A stretch of DNA of 64,000 nt from the NCBI GenBank assembly GCA_934162125.1, contig CAKPHU010000005.1, forward strand, positions 64,528 to 128,527. Direction: 5' to 3'. The notes under the pieces were generated by a model. The model was not told the origin of the DNA. It did not search any database and worked only from the letters and a program-made list of their open reading frames with translations. Source of the DNA: an uncultured Bacilli bacterium (lineage in GTDB: Bacteria > Bacillota_I > Bacilli_A > RF39 > UBA660). The position numbers and the translations under genes are program-made. Shown one piece after another: positions 1 to 9,893 of the stretch (positions within the stretch are counted from its first letter, which is position 1; the number at the start of each line of letters is the position of its first letter).

Positions 1-612
1 TTTCTTTAATAATTCCACATCATCTTTTGAAACATTTTCTTCAAAGAAACGTTCAACTTCAATACCAGTTGGGACAATATGAATATTTTTAGTAAACTCA
101 TACTTTTCTTTAAACAACTTATATATTTTGTTGGTTGGGACAATTAATTCATTAGCAGTTTTATCACAATAGAATTTAGTTAAATACTCAACTATTTTTT
201 TACTAGACTTATCAAAATAACCGTGTGTTATGTAATGAGTATAGTCTTCATATAAAGTGTGATAAGTATGTACTAATGGTATATTAAATTGCTTAGCAAC
301 TAATCGTGCTAAAATACCAATTCCAAACTCGGTATGTGAATGAATAACGTCAAGGTTCCAGTTTTTCATAATATTAATCATAGATAGTGGATAAATACGA
401 CTAAGGCGATAATCATAAATTCCTATTGGTATACCTGGTACTTTAACAATGTGTTCTTCCTCATCATATTCATACTTTAGAGCATTGTTACTTACGGTAA
501 CAACATAAACAGTGTGACCTTTCGTTTCTAAAGCTTTTTTTAGCATAGCTACACTTGTTGATACACCATTAATATATGGAGGATAAGAATCAGTAAATAA
601 TCCAATACGCAT
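1..612 (-). CDS. Glycosyltransferase family 4 (GT-B, glycolipid/diacylglycerol glycosyltransferase-like). Partial: the N-terminal ~204 aa are in the window and the gene continues past the window start.
   Basis: Reverse translation from ATG at 612..610 gives MRIGLFTDSYPPYINGVSTSVAMLKKALETKGHTVYVVT...HSHTEFGIGILARL, a typical GT4 N-terminal domain. It starts 1 nt after the stop of the upstream gene. Confidence 0.7.
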   Translation of the reverse strand, partial: MRIGLFTDSYPPYINGVSTSVAMLKKALETKGHTVYVVTVSNNALKYEYDEEEHIVKVPGIPIGIYDYRLSRIYPLSMINIMKNWNLDVIHSHTEFGIGILARLVAKQFNIPLVHTYHTLYEDYTHYITHGYFDKSSKKIVEYLTKFYCDKTANELIVPTNKIYKLFKEKYEFTKNIHIVPTGIEVERFFEENVSKDDVELLKK

Positions 613-613
613 T

Positions 614-1624
614 TTAATCATCTCTCTTTTCTGTACTCAATAATAGGGCTCCTAAAATCATACCTAAGTAATAAGTAATAAAACGCCAAACTATAAGGGC
701 AGAGTTTAGGGTTATAGTTGGTAGAAAATTACCAAAGAACTTAATAAAACCATATTCAATTCCACCACTGGCACCAGGAATAGGTACAAAAGCACCAATT
801 AATAAGACATAAGCTGAGGCTGTGATAGTATCAAATAAATGAAGACTTGTATAGTCATGAAGAGCATAGACAACAAATAAAGGTACAGCATATAAGCATG
901 CCAGACTAATAAAGTTAGCAAGTACTCCTAGGACAAATAGTCCCTTTTTATGACGAAGTTCACGAGCATTAGTATGGAACTCCATTAATTTATCTTCAAT
1001 AGAGTTCTCAGCTTTTGTTTGATCCTTAATAATTTTTATTTTACTTAGAAATTTAATACTTAAGTTAGCCACTTTCTTAGTAGTCTCTTCAGACCAGGTT
1101 ATTGCAAATAGACCTACTGCTACTAAGGTGTTGATAAGGAATCCTAAAAATACTAGATTTTGTAGAACTTTAACACTAGGAAAAATATGGAATATAGCAT
1201 TATAAACTACTGCAACTAGGCCAAAGATAACTAAAGCAGTTTGATAATAAATAAAATTTTGAATAACAATACTGGTTGCTTTACTTGCACTTATATGGTG
1301 ATTAGTAAGCATATATATTTCCATAGGTTGACCACCAGTAGAAAATGGAGTAATACCATTAAAAAATTGAGTTATTAAACCATGTTTAAAAGCCTCTAAA
1401 GAAGTAAAGTGTTTCTTTTCATTAGCACTTAGATAGAAAATATAATATCTTATGTAAATTGATAATAAAAAGAGAAGTATTGCTATTATAAAATAAAAAT
1501 AATTCATACCTATTAAGGCACTTAGTATTTCTTTAAAGCTATCTTTCAATACAAAAAAGAGAACAATTAGAGAAATAATTAAAATTATAATACTATTTTT
1601 CTTGACGTCCTTTACGTTCTTCAT
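614..1624 (-). CDS. Polytopic membrane protein resembling the lysylphosphatidylglycerol-synthase TM region / UPF0104 flippase-like family. Glycolipid-translocation partner of the downstream GT4.
   Basis: 336 aa with many TM helices and Gly-rich motifs (PIPGASGGIEYGF). Tightly coupled to the GT4 gene. Confidence 0.45.
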   Translation of the reverse strand: MKNVKDVKKNSIIILIISLIVLFFVLKDSFKEILSALIGMNYFYFIIAILLFLLSIYIRYYIFYLSANEKKHFTSLEAFKHGLITQFFNGITPFSTGGQPMEIYMLTNHHISASKATSIVIQNFIYYQTALVIFGLVAVVYNAIFHIFPSVKVLQNLVFLGFLINTLVAVGLFAITWSEETTKKVANLSIKFLSKIKIIKDQTKAENSIEDKLMEFHTNARELRHKKGLFVLGVLANFISLACLYAVPLFVVYALHDYTSLHLFDTITASAYVLLIGAFVPIPGASGGIEYGFIKFFGNFLPTITLNSALIVWRFITYYLGMILGALLLSTEKRDD

Positions 1625-2102
1625 TTTGTAACCTTTCTACCATTTGCCTTTCTTTAACAAAAGTTTCTTTTTTATTATCAAAGCCCAGGCTCTCATATCC
1701 ATATTCTAAAAGTTCTTTAGTTAAATCTTTGTCTGTAATTTCAGAAGTAGCATATATTTCATAGGCAGGAAGAGCGGCAAAAGCATACTCTGTCATAAGA
1801 GGGATTAATCTTGCTCTCTCTTTTCCTTCTACAAAACTAATATAACTACTTTTAACATCTTTATAACTGTGAAGCTTTCCACAAGCTTTAATAGTTCCCT
1901 TTTCAGAAAGAAATAGATACTCGTCTATTTCATTTGCTTCTCTTTTAGCATTTTGATAGTCTTCTTTAGACATGCTGTTTGCTAATTGTTTTAGAGATGA
2001 TGATACCGTTGGAGTTAAATCGTTCTCACGTTCAAAATTTTCAATTGCTGATACATGATCTTCGTTATATGGATCAGCTAAAATAAGTGTTCTTAGTGAC
2101 AC
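1593..2102 (-). CDS. Hypothetical protein, 169 aa
   Basis: ORF in an operon position between pgk and the flippase-like gene. Overlaps the next gene by 32 nt. No recognisable motif. Confidence 0.35.
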   Translation of the reverse strand: MSLRTLILADPYNEDHVSAIENFERENDLTPTVSSSLKQLANSMSKEDYQNAKREANEIDEYLFLSEKGTIKACGKLHSYKDVKSSYISFVEGKERARLIPLMTEYAFAALPAYEIYATSEITDKDLTKELLEYGYESLGFDNKKETFVKERQMVERLQNEERKGRQEK

Positions 2103-2113
2103 TTAAACCACCT

Positions 2114-3301
2114 CTACTTTACTGCGACTATACCAGGTAATTCTTTTCCTTCTAGATATTCTAGAGTTGCTCCACCACCAGTTGAAGCATGATAAACCTT
2201 GTCTTTATATCCAGCAGTTGAAGCAGCTGCAACTATGTCTCCACCGCCTAAAATTGTCTTTATATTATTTTCTACTAAATATTTTAATAATTTATCAGTA
2301 GACTCTTTATATTTATTAAATTCATAGACACCTAATGGTCCATTCCAAACTACTATTTTAGCAGATAATAGATTTTTTTCAAATATTTCTAATGTTTTTG
2401 GACCAATATCTAGACCCATTTCATTATAAGCTAGTTCATTTATATCTTTTACTTTATATTCTTCTGTTTCAGAATATTCTGTGGTTACAGCAACATCTAC
2501 TGGTAAGATAATCTTATCGCTGTGTTTCTTTAACATTTCAGTACAGAAGTCTAGGCTTTCTTCATCAAGTAGAGAAGTACCAATATTAAAGCCCTCTGCT
2601 TTTAAGAAAGTAAAAGCCATACCACCACCAATTAAAATCTTATCAGCTTTAGTTACTAAGTTTTCAATAACGCCTATTTTATCTTTTACTTTAGCTCCTC
2701 CTAAAACAACTACAAATGGATGTTCTGGATTGTCTAAAGTTTTTAGAGCAGTTAATTCTTTTTCAATTAAGAAACCAAAAGCTGAAGGTAAGTGTGTAGC
2801 AATACCGACATTTGAAGCATGAGCTCTATGAATAGTACCGAAAGCATCATTGATAAAAACGTCTCCTAGAGAAGCCCAATAAGTACCTAGTTCGACATCG
2901 TTAGAACTCTCTTTCTTACCATCTAAGTCTTCATAACGAGTATTTTGCATTAAAATTACGTCTTGAGGTTGCATTTCATTAATGGCATTTTCTAAAGCTT
3001 CTCCTCTAGTTACAGGAATAAATTTAACTTCTTTATTTAGAAGTGTACTAAGTCTTTCAGCAACTGGTTTTAAGTCATTCTTAGCTAAATCAGCTTCTTC
3101 TTTAACTCTACCTAAGTGAGACATTAATATTACTTTAGCATTATGTTCTAAGCAATAATTAATAGTTTCTAGACTAGCTTTTATTCTAGTATCATCTATT
3201 ATTTTTCCTTCTTTTATAGGTACATTAAAATCACATCTTATGATTACTTTTTTATTATTTAAATCCATATCTTTTATAGTTTTCATGGATATTCCTCCCA
3301 T
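2114..3301 (-). CDS. pgk: Phosphoglycerate kinase
   Basis: 395 aa. N-terminal sequence VIIRCDFNVPI...DDTRI...VILMSHLGR and the overall PGK signature. Confidence 0.95.
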   Translation of the reverse strand: MGGISMKTIKDMDLNNKKVIIRCDFNVPIKEGKIIDDTRIKASLETINYCLEHNAKVILMSHLGRVKEEADLAKNDLKPVAERLSTLLNKEVKFIPVTRGEALENAINEMQPQDVILMQNTRYEDLDGKKESSNDVELGTYWASLGDVFINDAFGTIHRAHASNVGIATHLPSAFGFLIEKELTALKTLDNPEHPFVVVLGGAKVKDKIGVIENLVTKADKILIGGGMAFTFLKAEGFNIGTSLLDEESLDFCTEMLKKHSDKIILPVDVAVTTEYSETEEYKVKDINELAYNEMGLDIGPKTLEIFEKNLLSAKIVVWNGPLGVYEFNKYKESTDKLLKYLVENNIKTILGGGDIVAAASTAGYKDKVYHASTGGGATLEYLEGKELPGIVAVK

Positions 3302-3330
3302 CTTTATTTATAGTATAGCATTATTTATAG

Positions 3331-3358
3331 TAAAAAAAAAGAAGCGAACTTCTTTTTA
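3331..3358 (-). terminator. Small rho-independent hairpin (AGAAG-cgaa-CTTCT) with a flanking A/T run, between gap and pgk
   Basis: Stem-loop at 3340-3353. On the minus strand it is followed by a 9-U run, immediately after the gap stop codon. Probably a partial terminator or attenuator of gap readthrough. Confidence 0.4.
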
Positions 3359-4357
3359 TTTCATTAAGTATGAAGCTGTTCTAACCATTTGTGAAGTGTA
3401 ACCCATTTCATTGTCATACCAGGCAACGACTTTTACTAATTGACCTGATTCAGTTTCTAGTACACTTGTTGATAAGCCATCTACAACTGAACCACATCTT
3501 CTACCGATTACATCGCTTGATACAATTGGATCATCAGTATATACTAATGTCTCGTTTTGAGCAGCTTTTAAAGTAGCATTTACTTCTTCTGCTGTTACTG
3601 TTTTATCTAATTCTAGTACTAAGTCAACAACTGAACCTGTTGGTACTGGTACACGCATAGCAACACCTGCAAGTTTTCCTTCTAGATTAGGGCAAACCTT
3701 ACCGATAGCTTTAGCTGCTCCAGTTGAAGCAGGCACAATGTTAGCAGCACATGCTCTACCACGACGAGCTTTAATACCTTTTTTATGAGCAATATCTAGA
3801 GTAGCTTGATCATTTGTGTAAGCATGAACAGTTGTCATGTAACCTTTTTTGATACCATAAGCTTTGTCTAGAACATCAACAACTGGTGCTAAGCAGTTAG
3901 TAGTACAGCTAGCTGCAGAAATAATTTGTTCATCACCAGTTAAAATTTCATGGTTAACGTTGTATACAATAGTTTTAACGTCACCCTTAGCAGGTGCAGA
4001 AATAATTACTTTCTTTGCTCCAGCATTGATATGAGCCATAGCCTTTTCTTTATCAGTAAATAGACCTGTACATTCAAAAACTACATCAATATCTAAATCT
4101 TTCCATGGTAACATAGCAGGATCTTTTTCAGCATATACTCTTACTTTACGATTACCTACAATTATATAGTCTCCTTCAAAACTAATTTCATCAATACGAT
4201 AATTGCCATGGTTTGTATCGTATTTTAATAAATATGCTAATTGTTCAGCATCTGTTAGATCATTAATAGCAACAACCTCAAAATCAGGATCTTCTTCCAT
4301 TAGACGAAATGCAAGACGGCCAATTCTGCCAAATCCATTAATTGCAACTTTTATCAT
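3356..4357 (-). CDS. gap: Glyceraldehyde-3-phosphate dehydrogenase (type I)
   Basis: MIKVAINGFGRIGRLAFR N-terminus and the catalytic SCTTNCLAP motif. Confidence 0.95.
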   Translation of the reverse strand: MIKVAINGFGRIGRLAFRLMEEDPDFEVVAINDLTDAEQLAYLLKYDTNHGNYRIDEISFEGDYIIVGNRKVRVYAEKDPAMLPWKDLDIDVVFECTGLFTDKEKAMAHINAGAKKVIISAPAKGDVKTIVYNVNHEILTGDEQIISAASCTTNCLAPVVDVLDKAYGIKKGYMTTVHAYTNDQATLDIAHKKGIKARRGRACAANIVPASTGAAKAIGKVCPNLEGKLAGVAMRVPVPTGSVVDLVLELDKTVTAEEVNATLKAAQNETLVYTDDPIVSSDVIGRRCGSVVDGLSTSVLETESGQLVKVVAWYDNEMGYTSQMVRTASYLMK

Positions 4358-4433
4358 TTAATATCCTCCTTATATTTTCATTATATATTCTTCACTTTTT
4401 AATGACAATATATTCTTATTTTATTGACACTTT

Positions 4434-6086
4434 TTAGTCATGAAAACAACCATTACCAATAAACTCTCTTAGAACTGAATCTTTTGGTATTTCATCAGCT
4501 GGTATTGGTAAGAAAATTCGTAAGAAGTTAAGTAAACGTTTACTTTCTTCATAATATGGTGAATCATATGGAACTGAATATAATAATGGTTCAACATATG
4601 TTTTTAGGGCTCCTATTTCATAGATTAAGGCAGAGTTCATTGTGAAGTCAGCTTCATCTTGATATGGGAAAATATATTTTTCTTCACCAGCACGTACTTT
4701 ACCCCATGCAGCTAAAGTCTTTTCAACACTATAATTTCTAGTACGATTATCACGGATTATACGACGAAGTAGGCGATTGTCTGTAGTAGATACACGGTTA
4801 TGATCATCCATATTTATTTCAGTTAATGGACAAATATAAATTTTAAATTTGTTTTCTCTAGGTATATTGGTTAAAATCTTTGGATTTAAGGCATGAATTC
4901 CTTCAATAACGATAATGTCATCTTCTGCTAATTGTAATTCGTGGCGATATTCCTTTTTACCTAAACCAAAATTGAAAGTTGGCACTTGAACTTTTTCACC
5001 TTTTAGAAGGTCTGCTAATTGACTATTAAATAATTTAAGATCAACTGCTTCTAGGCATTCAAAATCATAGTTACCGTTGGCATCCTTTGGAGTATCTTTT
5101 CTTTCGTGGAAATAATCATCCATAGATAATACTTTAGGAGTTAGACCAAAACTTTGTAGATACATACATAACTTTCTAGAAGTTGTAGTTTTACCTGATG
5201 ATGATGGTCCAGCCATTAAAACAATTTTGATTTTCTTGTTTTGATGAATAGTCTTTGCTAGGTTAAGTAGACGATTACTTTGAAGAGTTTCATCAATTCT
5301 AATTAGATCATTTATTTTACCACTAGAAATAATTCTATTTAAATCAACTGAAGTAGTAATTTTCATTATTTTTCCCCAATCACGGAATTCTTGGAAAGCA
5401 GAGAACATACCTGGATGTTCTTCATACTCCTTGATCTTGTTTGGTTGATATATTGTTGGGAAACGCATAACAAAGGCATTGTCTTTGATATAAGTTAAAT
5501 CAAAAGCACTGATTTTACTTGTAGATGTTGGCATTAAATTATAGAAATAATTGTAGTAATTACCTAGTCTATATAAAGTTACATAAGTATTAGTATTATA
5601 ACGTAGTACTTCAGCCTTTACTTCATTACCAACTGTTTTAAAATAATTAATTGCTTCTAGTCTATCGATTGTTGTTCTGATAATTGGTAGGTCATTTTCA
5701 ACAATACGATCCATTTCAGCTTTGATATTTTCTATTTTAGATGGAGTAAGTTTAAAACTTGTTTCTACATAGATTCCTTTATCTAGAGAATGTTGAACAT
5801 AGATATTAGTGTCTTTTCCATATAATCTTTTAACAGCATATAGTAAGATGTAAGTTAAACCACTAATATGAGTTCTATTTCCTTCTTTAGAAGTTAAATC
5901 AAGAAATTCAATATTAGAAGAGGCTTGAACTTTACAACTTAGTTCTTTGGTGATGCCATTTACTTTAGCTAAAAGAATAGGATATTTATATTCTTTTTGA
6001 AATTGAGCTGCTACTTCTTCTAATGTTACTCCAGAACTTACTCGATATTTTTGATTATTAATTGTTACTTCGATAGATTCGATCAT
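4434..6086 (-). CDS. Uridine kinase / phosphoribulokinase family nucleoside kinase with an N-terminal TGS/ThrRS-like domain
   Basis: 550 aa. P-loop LMAGPSSSGKTTTSRKL in the C-terminal half and a TGS-like N-terminus. Confidence 0.6.
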   Translation of the reverse strand: MIESIEVTINNQKYRVSSGVTLEEVAAQFQKEYKYPILLAKVNGITKELSCKVQASSNIEFLDLTSKEGNRTHISGLTYILLYAVKRLYGKDTNIYVQHSLDKGIYVETSFKLTPSKIENIKAEMDRIVENDLPIIRTTIDRLEAINYFKTVGNEVKAEVLRYNTNTYVTLYRLGNYYNYFYNLMPTSTSKISAFDLTYIKDNAFVMRFPTIYQPNKIKEYEEHPGMFSAFQEFRDWGKIMKITTSVDLNRIISSGKINDLIRIDETLQSNRLLNLAKTIHQNKKIKIVLMAGPSSSGKTTTSRKLCMYLQSFGLTPKVLSMDDYFHERKDTPKDANGNYDFECLEAVDLKLFNSQLADLLKGEKVQVPTFNFGLGKKEYRHELQLAEDDIIVIEGIHALNPKILTNIPRENKFKIYICPLTEINMDDHNRVSTTDNRLLRRIIRDNRTRNYSVEKTLAAWGKVRAGEEKYIFPYQDEADFTMNSALIYEIGALKTYVEPLLYSVPYDSPYYEESKRLLNFLRIFLPIPADEIPKDSVLREFIGNGCFHD

Positions 6087-6183
6087 ATTTTCACCCTCTT
6101 ATTCTATATATCATTATAACATGAGTTTTGTTGCAATAATATGAATATTTTTTTAGTTTTACACTATACTATGTATAGGTGAT

Positions 6184-6765
6184 ATGATGAACGTTCCAAT
6201 TATTGTGGAAAAAGAAATTGATTCTGAACGTAGTTATGATATTTTTTCGAGATTGTTGAAAGAAAGAATTATTTTTATTAGTGGAGAAATCAATGATATG
6301 TTGGCAAATAATGTTATTGCGGAACTATTATATTTAGACTCTATTAGTAATGATGATATTTATTTATATATTAATTCTCCTGGTGGTTCAGTGACGGCAG
6401 GAATGGCTATTTATGATACGATGAATTTTATTAAAAGTGATGTGGCAACAATTTGTATTGGGATTGCGGCTAGTATGGCGGCTTTCTTACTATCTAGTGG
6501 AAAGAAAGGTAAAAGAAGTGTTTTACCAAATGCTGATGTTATGATACATCAACCTTTAGGAGGAGCAGAGGGTCAGGCTAGTGATATAAAGATTGCAGCA
6601 GATAGAATTATTTGTATTAGAAAGAGACTTAATAAAATATTAGCTTCTAATACGGGACAAAGTCTTAAAAAAATAGAAAGAGATACAGAAAGAGATAACT
6701 ATTTAAGTGCTAGAGAAGCCCTTAGTTATGGACTTGTTGATGAAATAATAAAAAAAGAAAAGTAA
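6184..6765 (+). CDS. clpP: ATP-dependent Clp protease proteolytic subunit
   Basis: 193 aa with [21 protein letters not shown] and the catalytic-Ser and His context typical of ClpP. Confidence 0.9.
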   Translation: MMNVPIIVEKEIDSERSYDIFSRLLKERIIFISGEINDMLANNVIAELLYLDSISNDDIYLYINSPGGSVTAGMAIYDTMNFIKSDVATICIGIAASMAAFLLSSGKKGKRSVLPNADVMIHQPLGGAEGQASDIKIAADRIICIRKRLNKILASNTGQSLKKIERDTERDNYLSAREALSYGLVDEIIKKEK

Positions 6766-7713
6766 TTAATCACTTTTCTTAGATTCTAGTTTTTCTAGTT
6801 GAATAGCTAAGTCACGGATTTTGCGATAGCGATGATTAAGTCCAGACTTAGTAATTGGCTTACCTGTTTCAACAGAGATTATTTCACTTAATTCTTTTAG
6901 TGAAGACTCTGGGTATTTTTTGCGAAACTCTAGAGCTATTTTAGTTCGATCATCCAGTAATTCAATACTACCAGTTTCTTCGATTAGGGCAATTTGCTCT
7001 AACTGTTGTTGGGCTGTTGCAAATATTTTATCCATGTTAGCTTGTTCGCAATTATTCAAACGATTAGTTTGATTCTTTTTTTCACGGTAAATACGAGCAT
7101 TTTCAAAATAAAGGACTGCTTGAGAAGCACCAAGAATACGAATATAATCACTTATCTTTTCTGCTTCTTTGATATATATCATGTAGCCTTTTTCACGATT
7201 TAAAATCTTGGCATTCAAATCAAAAATATTTAATAATTTTTGGACGAAGACAGCTTCATTTGGTTTAGAAATTAAAAGTTCCATATGGTAACGTGATGTT
7301 TTTGGATCGTTAATACTACCAGTGCATAGAAAGACACCTCTTAAGTAGGCACGTAGTTCTTCATTAGCTCCAACAATGTAAGTTGGTGGTGTTTCTATAT
7401 AGGTACCATTATTATCTAGATATGCAAGATCTTGTAATATCAAAGAAGTCTTTTGAGAAATACTTATTTGATAAAGATTCTTTTTACTAAAATTTAGATT
7501 GTCTTTTACTTCTACTTCGGCATCAATTTCATAGAGATTTTGAAAAAACTTTTTTAAACGTTCCACAGTAAATTCATTTTCAGTAGTTAGATGAAGAACG
7601 TTATTATGTAATACTCCATTGTTGCGAATAAAGCCAGATAGTTCGGCAATCATTTCAGATTTAGTAACATCTAGATTGGATATTTCTTCTTTTATTTTGA
7701 TTGTGTATGACAT
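6766..7713 (-). CDS. whiA: DNA-binding protein WhiA
   Basis: 315 aa. Degenerate LAGLIDADG-like N-domains plus a C-terminal HTH. Conserved synteny with yvcK upstream. Confidence 0.8.
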   Translation of the reverse strand: MSYTIKIKEEISNLDVTKSEMIAELSGFIRNNGVLHNNVLHLTTENEFTVERLKKFFQNLYEIDAEVEVKDNLNFSKKNLYQISISQKTSLILQDLAYLDNNGTYIETPPTYIVGANEELRAYLRGVFLCTGSINDPKTSRYHMELLISKPNEAVFVQKLLNIFDLNAKILNREKGYMIYIKEAEKISDYIRILGASQAVLYFENARIYREKKNQTNRLNNCEQANMDKIFATAQQQLEQIALIEETGSIELLDDRTKIALEFRKKYPESSLKELSEIISVETGKPITKSGLNHRYRKIRDLAIQLEKLESKKSD

Positions 7714-7716
7714 TTT

Positions 7717-8676
7717 CTACCTCATTAAGTATGAGAAAATTAGAGAACTTAACTTTAAACTATTATGTCTTAATATATTATCTTCCACAATAATTAAGTC
7801 GTCTTCTATTAATTCTACACCTACTTTTTCTAATTCTTGATAATCTATTTTAACAGGTTCTTTTTGCTCTGCTGTAGAATATTTTTCAGCTATCTTTTTA
7901 TCTATTTTTGTGTTACTGGCGATGACAGCATCAATTTTCTTTTTATGAAGATATTTATTTAATAATTTGATATGGTCACTTACTGTGAAACCATCTGTTT
8001 CGCCTGGTTGAGTTACTACATTGCAGGTATACATTAAAGGAGCTTTAGTTTCTTCTAGAGCAGCTTGAACTTCTTTACAAATAACGTTTGGAAGAACGCT
8101 AGTATAAAGACTACCCATACTAAATATTATTAAATCAGCTTCTTTGATAGCAGTTAGAACCTCTGGTAAAACTTTTGGTTCTTTTTTATAATATATTTTT
8201 TCAAATTGACGGTTGGCAGTAGTTATCTGCTCTTCTCCTTCAATGATGTTACCGTCTTTATCTTTACCCATTAGAGTTAGGCTTGGATCTTCAGAAATTG
8301 GTAGAACAGTATGTCTAACATCTAATAATTTACTTAAACTAGCAATAGACTCTTTTAAGGAACCAGTGATGTCTAACATAGCAGTTAGAATTAAGTTACC
8401 TAGGGCATGACCATCTAAGTCACTAGTTGTAGAAAAACGATAAGACATCATTTTTTTGATAGGTTCTTCAATTGATGATAATGATGTGATTACTTTTCTA
8501 ATATCGCCAACAGCAGGTGTATGGAACTCTTCTCTTAGACGACCAGTTGAACGACCATTATCAGAAACTGTTATAACCGCTGTTATATCAATAGGAAAAT
8601 CTTTTAAACCTTTTAATAAGTAGGAAATACCAGTTCCTCCTCCAAAAACGACTACTTTTTTATGCATATACTTCAC
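7717..8676 (-). CDS. yvcK: Gluconeogenesis factor YvcK (UPF0052/CofD-like family)
   Basis: VVVFGGGTGISYLLKGLK...ITAVITVSDNGRSTGRLR signature. Confidence 0.85.
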   Translation of the reverse strand: MKYMHKKVVVFGGGTGISYLLKGLKDFPIDITAVITVSDNGRSTGRLREEFHTPAVGDIRKVITSLSSIEEPIKKMMSYRFSTTSDLDGHALGNLILTAMLDITGSLKESIASLSKLLDVRHTVLPISEDPSLTLMGKDKDGNIIEGEEQITTANRQFEKIYYKKEPKVLPEVLTAIKEADLIIFSMGSLYTSVLPNVICKEVQAALEETKAPLMYTCNVVTQPGETDGFTVSDHIKLLNKYLHKKKIDAVIASNTKIDKKIAEKYSTAEQKEPVKIDYQELEKVGVELIEDDLIIVEDNILRHNSLKLSSLIFSYLMR

Positions 8677-9464
8677 CTCTGATTTGTTTTTTTCTTTTTA
8701 GTGCTTGTTTTAAGGCTATAAATATAGATAGTAAAACCAGCAATTATAAATAATAAGGAAACAAGTTGAGCTACTTTAAGACCACCTAACATTAAAGAAT
8801 CTGTACGTAGTCCTTCAACATATACTCTTTCTAGTCCATACCAAATTAGGTAAAAACCGGTTAATTGTGACCTCTTAATATTTTTTCTTTTCCTTAGTAA
8901 TAATAAAATTATAAAACCGATAAAACACCATAATGATTCATAGAAAAATGTTGGTTCACGGTAGAAACCATCAATATACATACCATTAATGATAAAATCT
9001 GGTAATTTTAAATTTTTTAAGGCAGTTATTGATGTTATGGGTCCATAGGCTTCTTGATTGAAAAAGTTACCCCAACGACCCATTGCTTGGCCAATGATAA
9101 GACCTGGAACAAAGATATCCAATATTTGGAAAAAATCTTTGTTATTTTTATGGCAATAGTAAATTATAAAAGCAAGACCAGCAAAAATACCACCGTGGAT
9201 GGCTAGGCCACCATTCCAAACCGCTAATATTTCTAGGGGATGCTTTGTGTAGTATGCTAAGTTAAAAATTACATAGTAAAGTCTCGCACCTAAAAGTCCA
9301 AAAAGAATGGTATAGAAAAGAAGATTAATTAAAAAATCTTCATCAATCTTTTGCCTTTTGGACTCTCTAAAAATTAGAATACTGGCAGTAAGCATACCTA
9401 GAAATATACAAATTGAATACCAGTATATATGAATGTTTCCAATTGAAAAAGCTACTCTACTCAT
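8673..9464 (-). CDS. lgt: Prolipoprotein diacylglyceryl transferase
   Basis: GRWGNFFNQEAYG signature motif in a polytopic membrane protein. Confidence 0.9.
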   Translation of the reverse strand: MSRVAFSIGNIHIYWYSICIFLGMLTASILIFRESKRQKIDEDFLINLLFYTILFGLLGARLYYVIFNLAYYTKHPLEILAVWNGGLAIHGGIFAGLAFIIYYCHKNNKDFFQILDIFVPGLIIGQAMGRWGNFFNQEAYGPITSITALKNLKLPDFIINGMYIDGFYREPTFFYESLWCFIGFIILLLLRKRKNIKRSQLTGFYLIWYGLERVYVEGLRTDSLMLGGLKVAQLVSLLFIIAGFTIYIYSLKTSTKKKKTNQR

Positions 9465-9888
9465 GATGTTTTACCTTCTTTATAATACTACCTATTAGGC
9501 CTTCAACAATAAGATTCATGATGGAAATTAGGATAGCCACAAAGAAAGCAATATAAATGTTTTCTAGTTGAAAATGTGATCCAAAAATCCAATCAGCCAA
9601 CTTTAGAATAAATAAGTTAATAAAAGGATAAAATAGTCCTAAGGTAATACCAGTTATAGGAATGGTTATAGTAAATAAGATTGGTTTTAGAGTTTTATTT
9701 AGAACGTAGAGAACAAGTTCTATTAAAATTGCATAGATTAAGAAATGATCTTTATCAATATAGACAGATTTGAACATACTACTAACTAAGATTAAGACTA
9801 AAGTATAGCCAATCATATAAATTAACCATTCTATAACTTTGTTTATTCTAGTGACATTTTTTTCTTTTATAATTAATTTCATAGTCAA
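9457..9888 (-). CDS. Small 4-TM membrane protein, phage-holin-4_2 / YvlD-like family
   Basis: 143 aa hydrophobic protein upstream of lgt and downstream of uvrA, as in the Bacillus yvl region. Family assignment is from memory. Confidence 0.4.
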   Translation of the reverse strand: MTMKLIIKEKNVTRINKVIEWLIYMIGYTLVLILVSSMFKSVYIDKDHFLIYAILIELVLYVLNKTLKPILFTITIPITGITLGLFYPFINLFILKLADWIFGSHFQLENIYIAFFVAILISIMNLIVEGLIGSIIKKVKHHE

Positions 9889-9893
9889 CGCTC

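Noticed and set aside
2481-2822. Plus-strand 113-aa ORF antisense to pgk, and similar antisense ORFs inside uvrA (10807-11218), uvrB (15103-15342, 15709-15894, 16447-16695) and ftsX/ftsE
   Set aside because: They are embedded antisense within strongly supported conserved genes, have no SD, and have biased composition typical of shadow ORFs.
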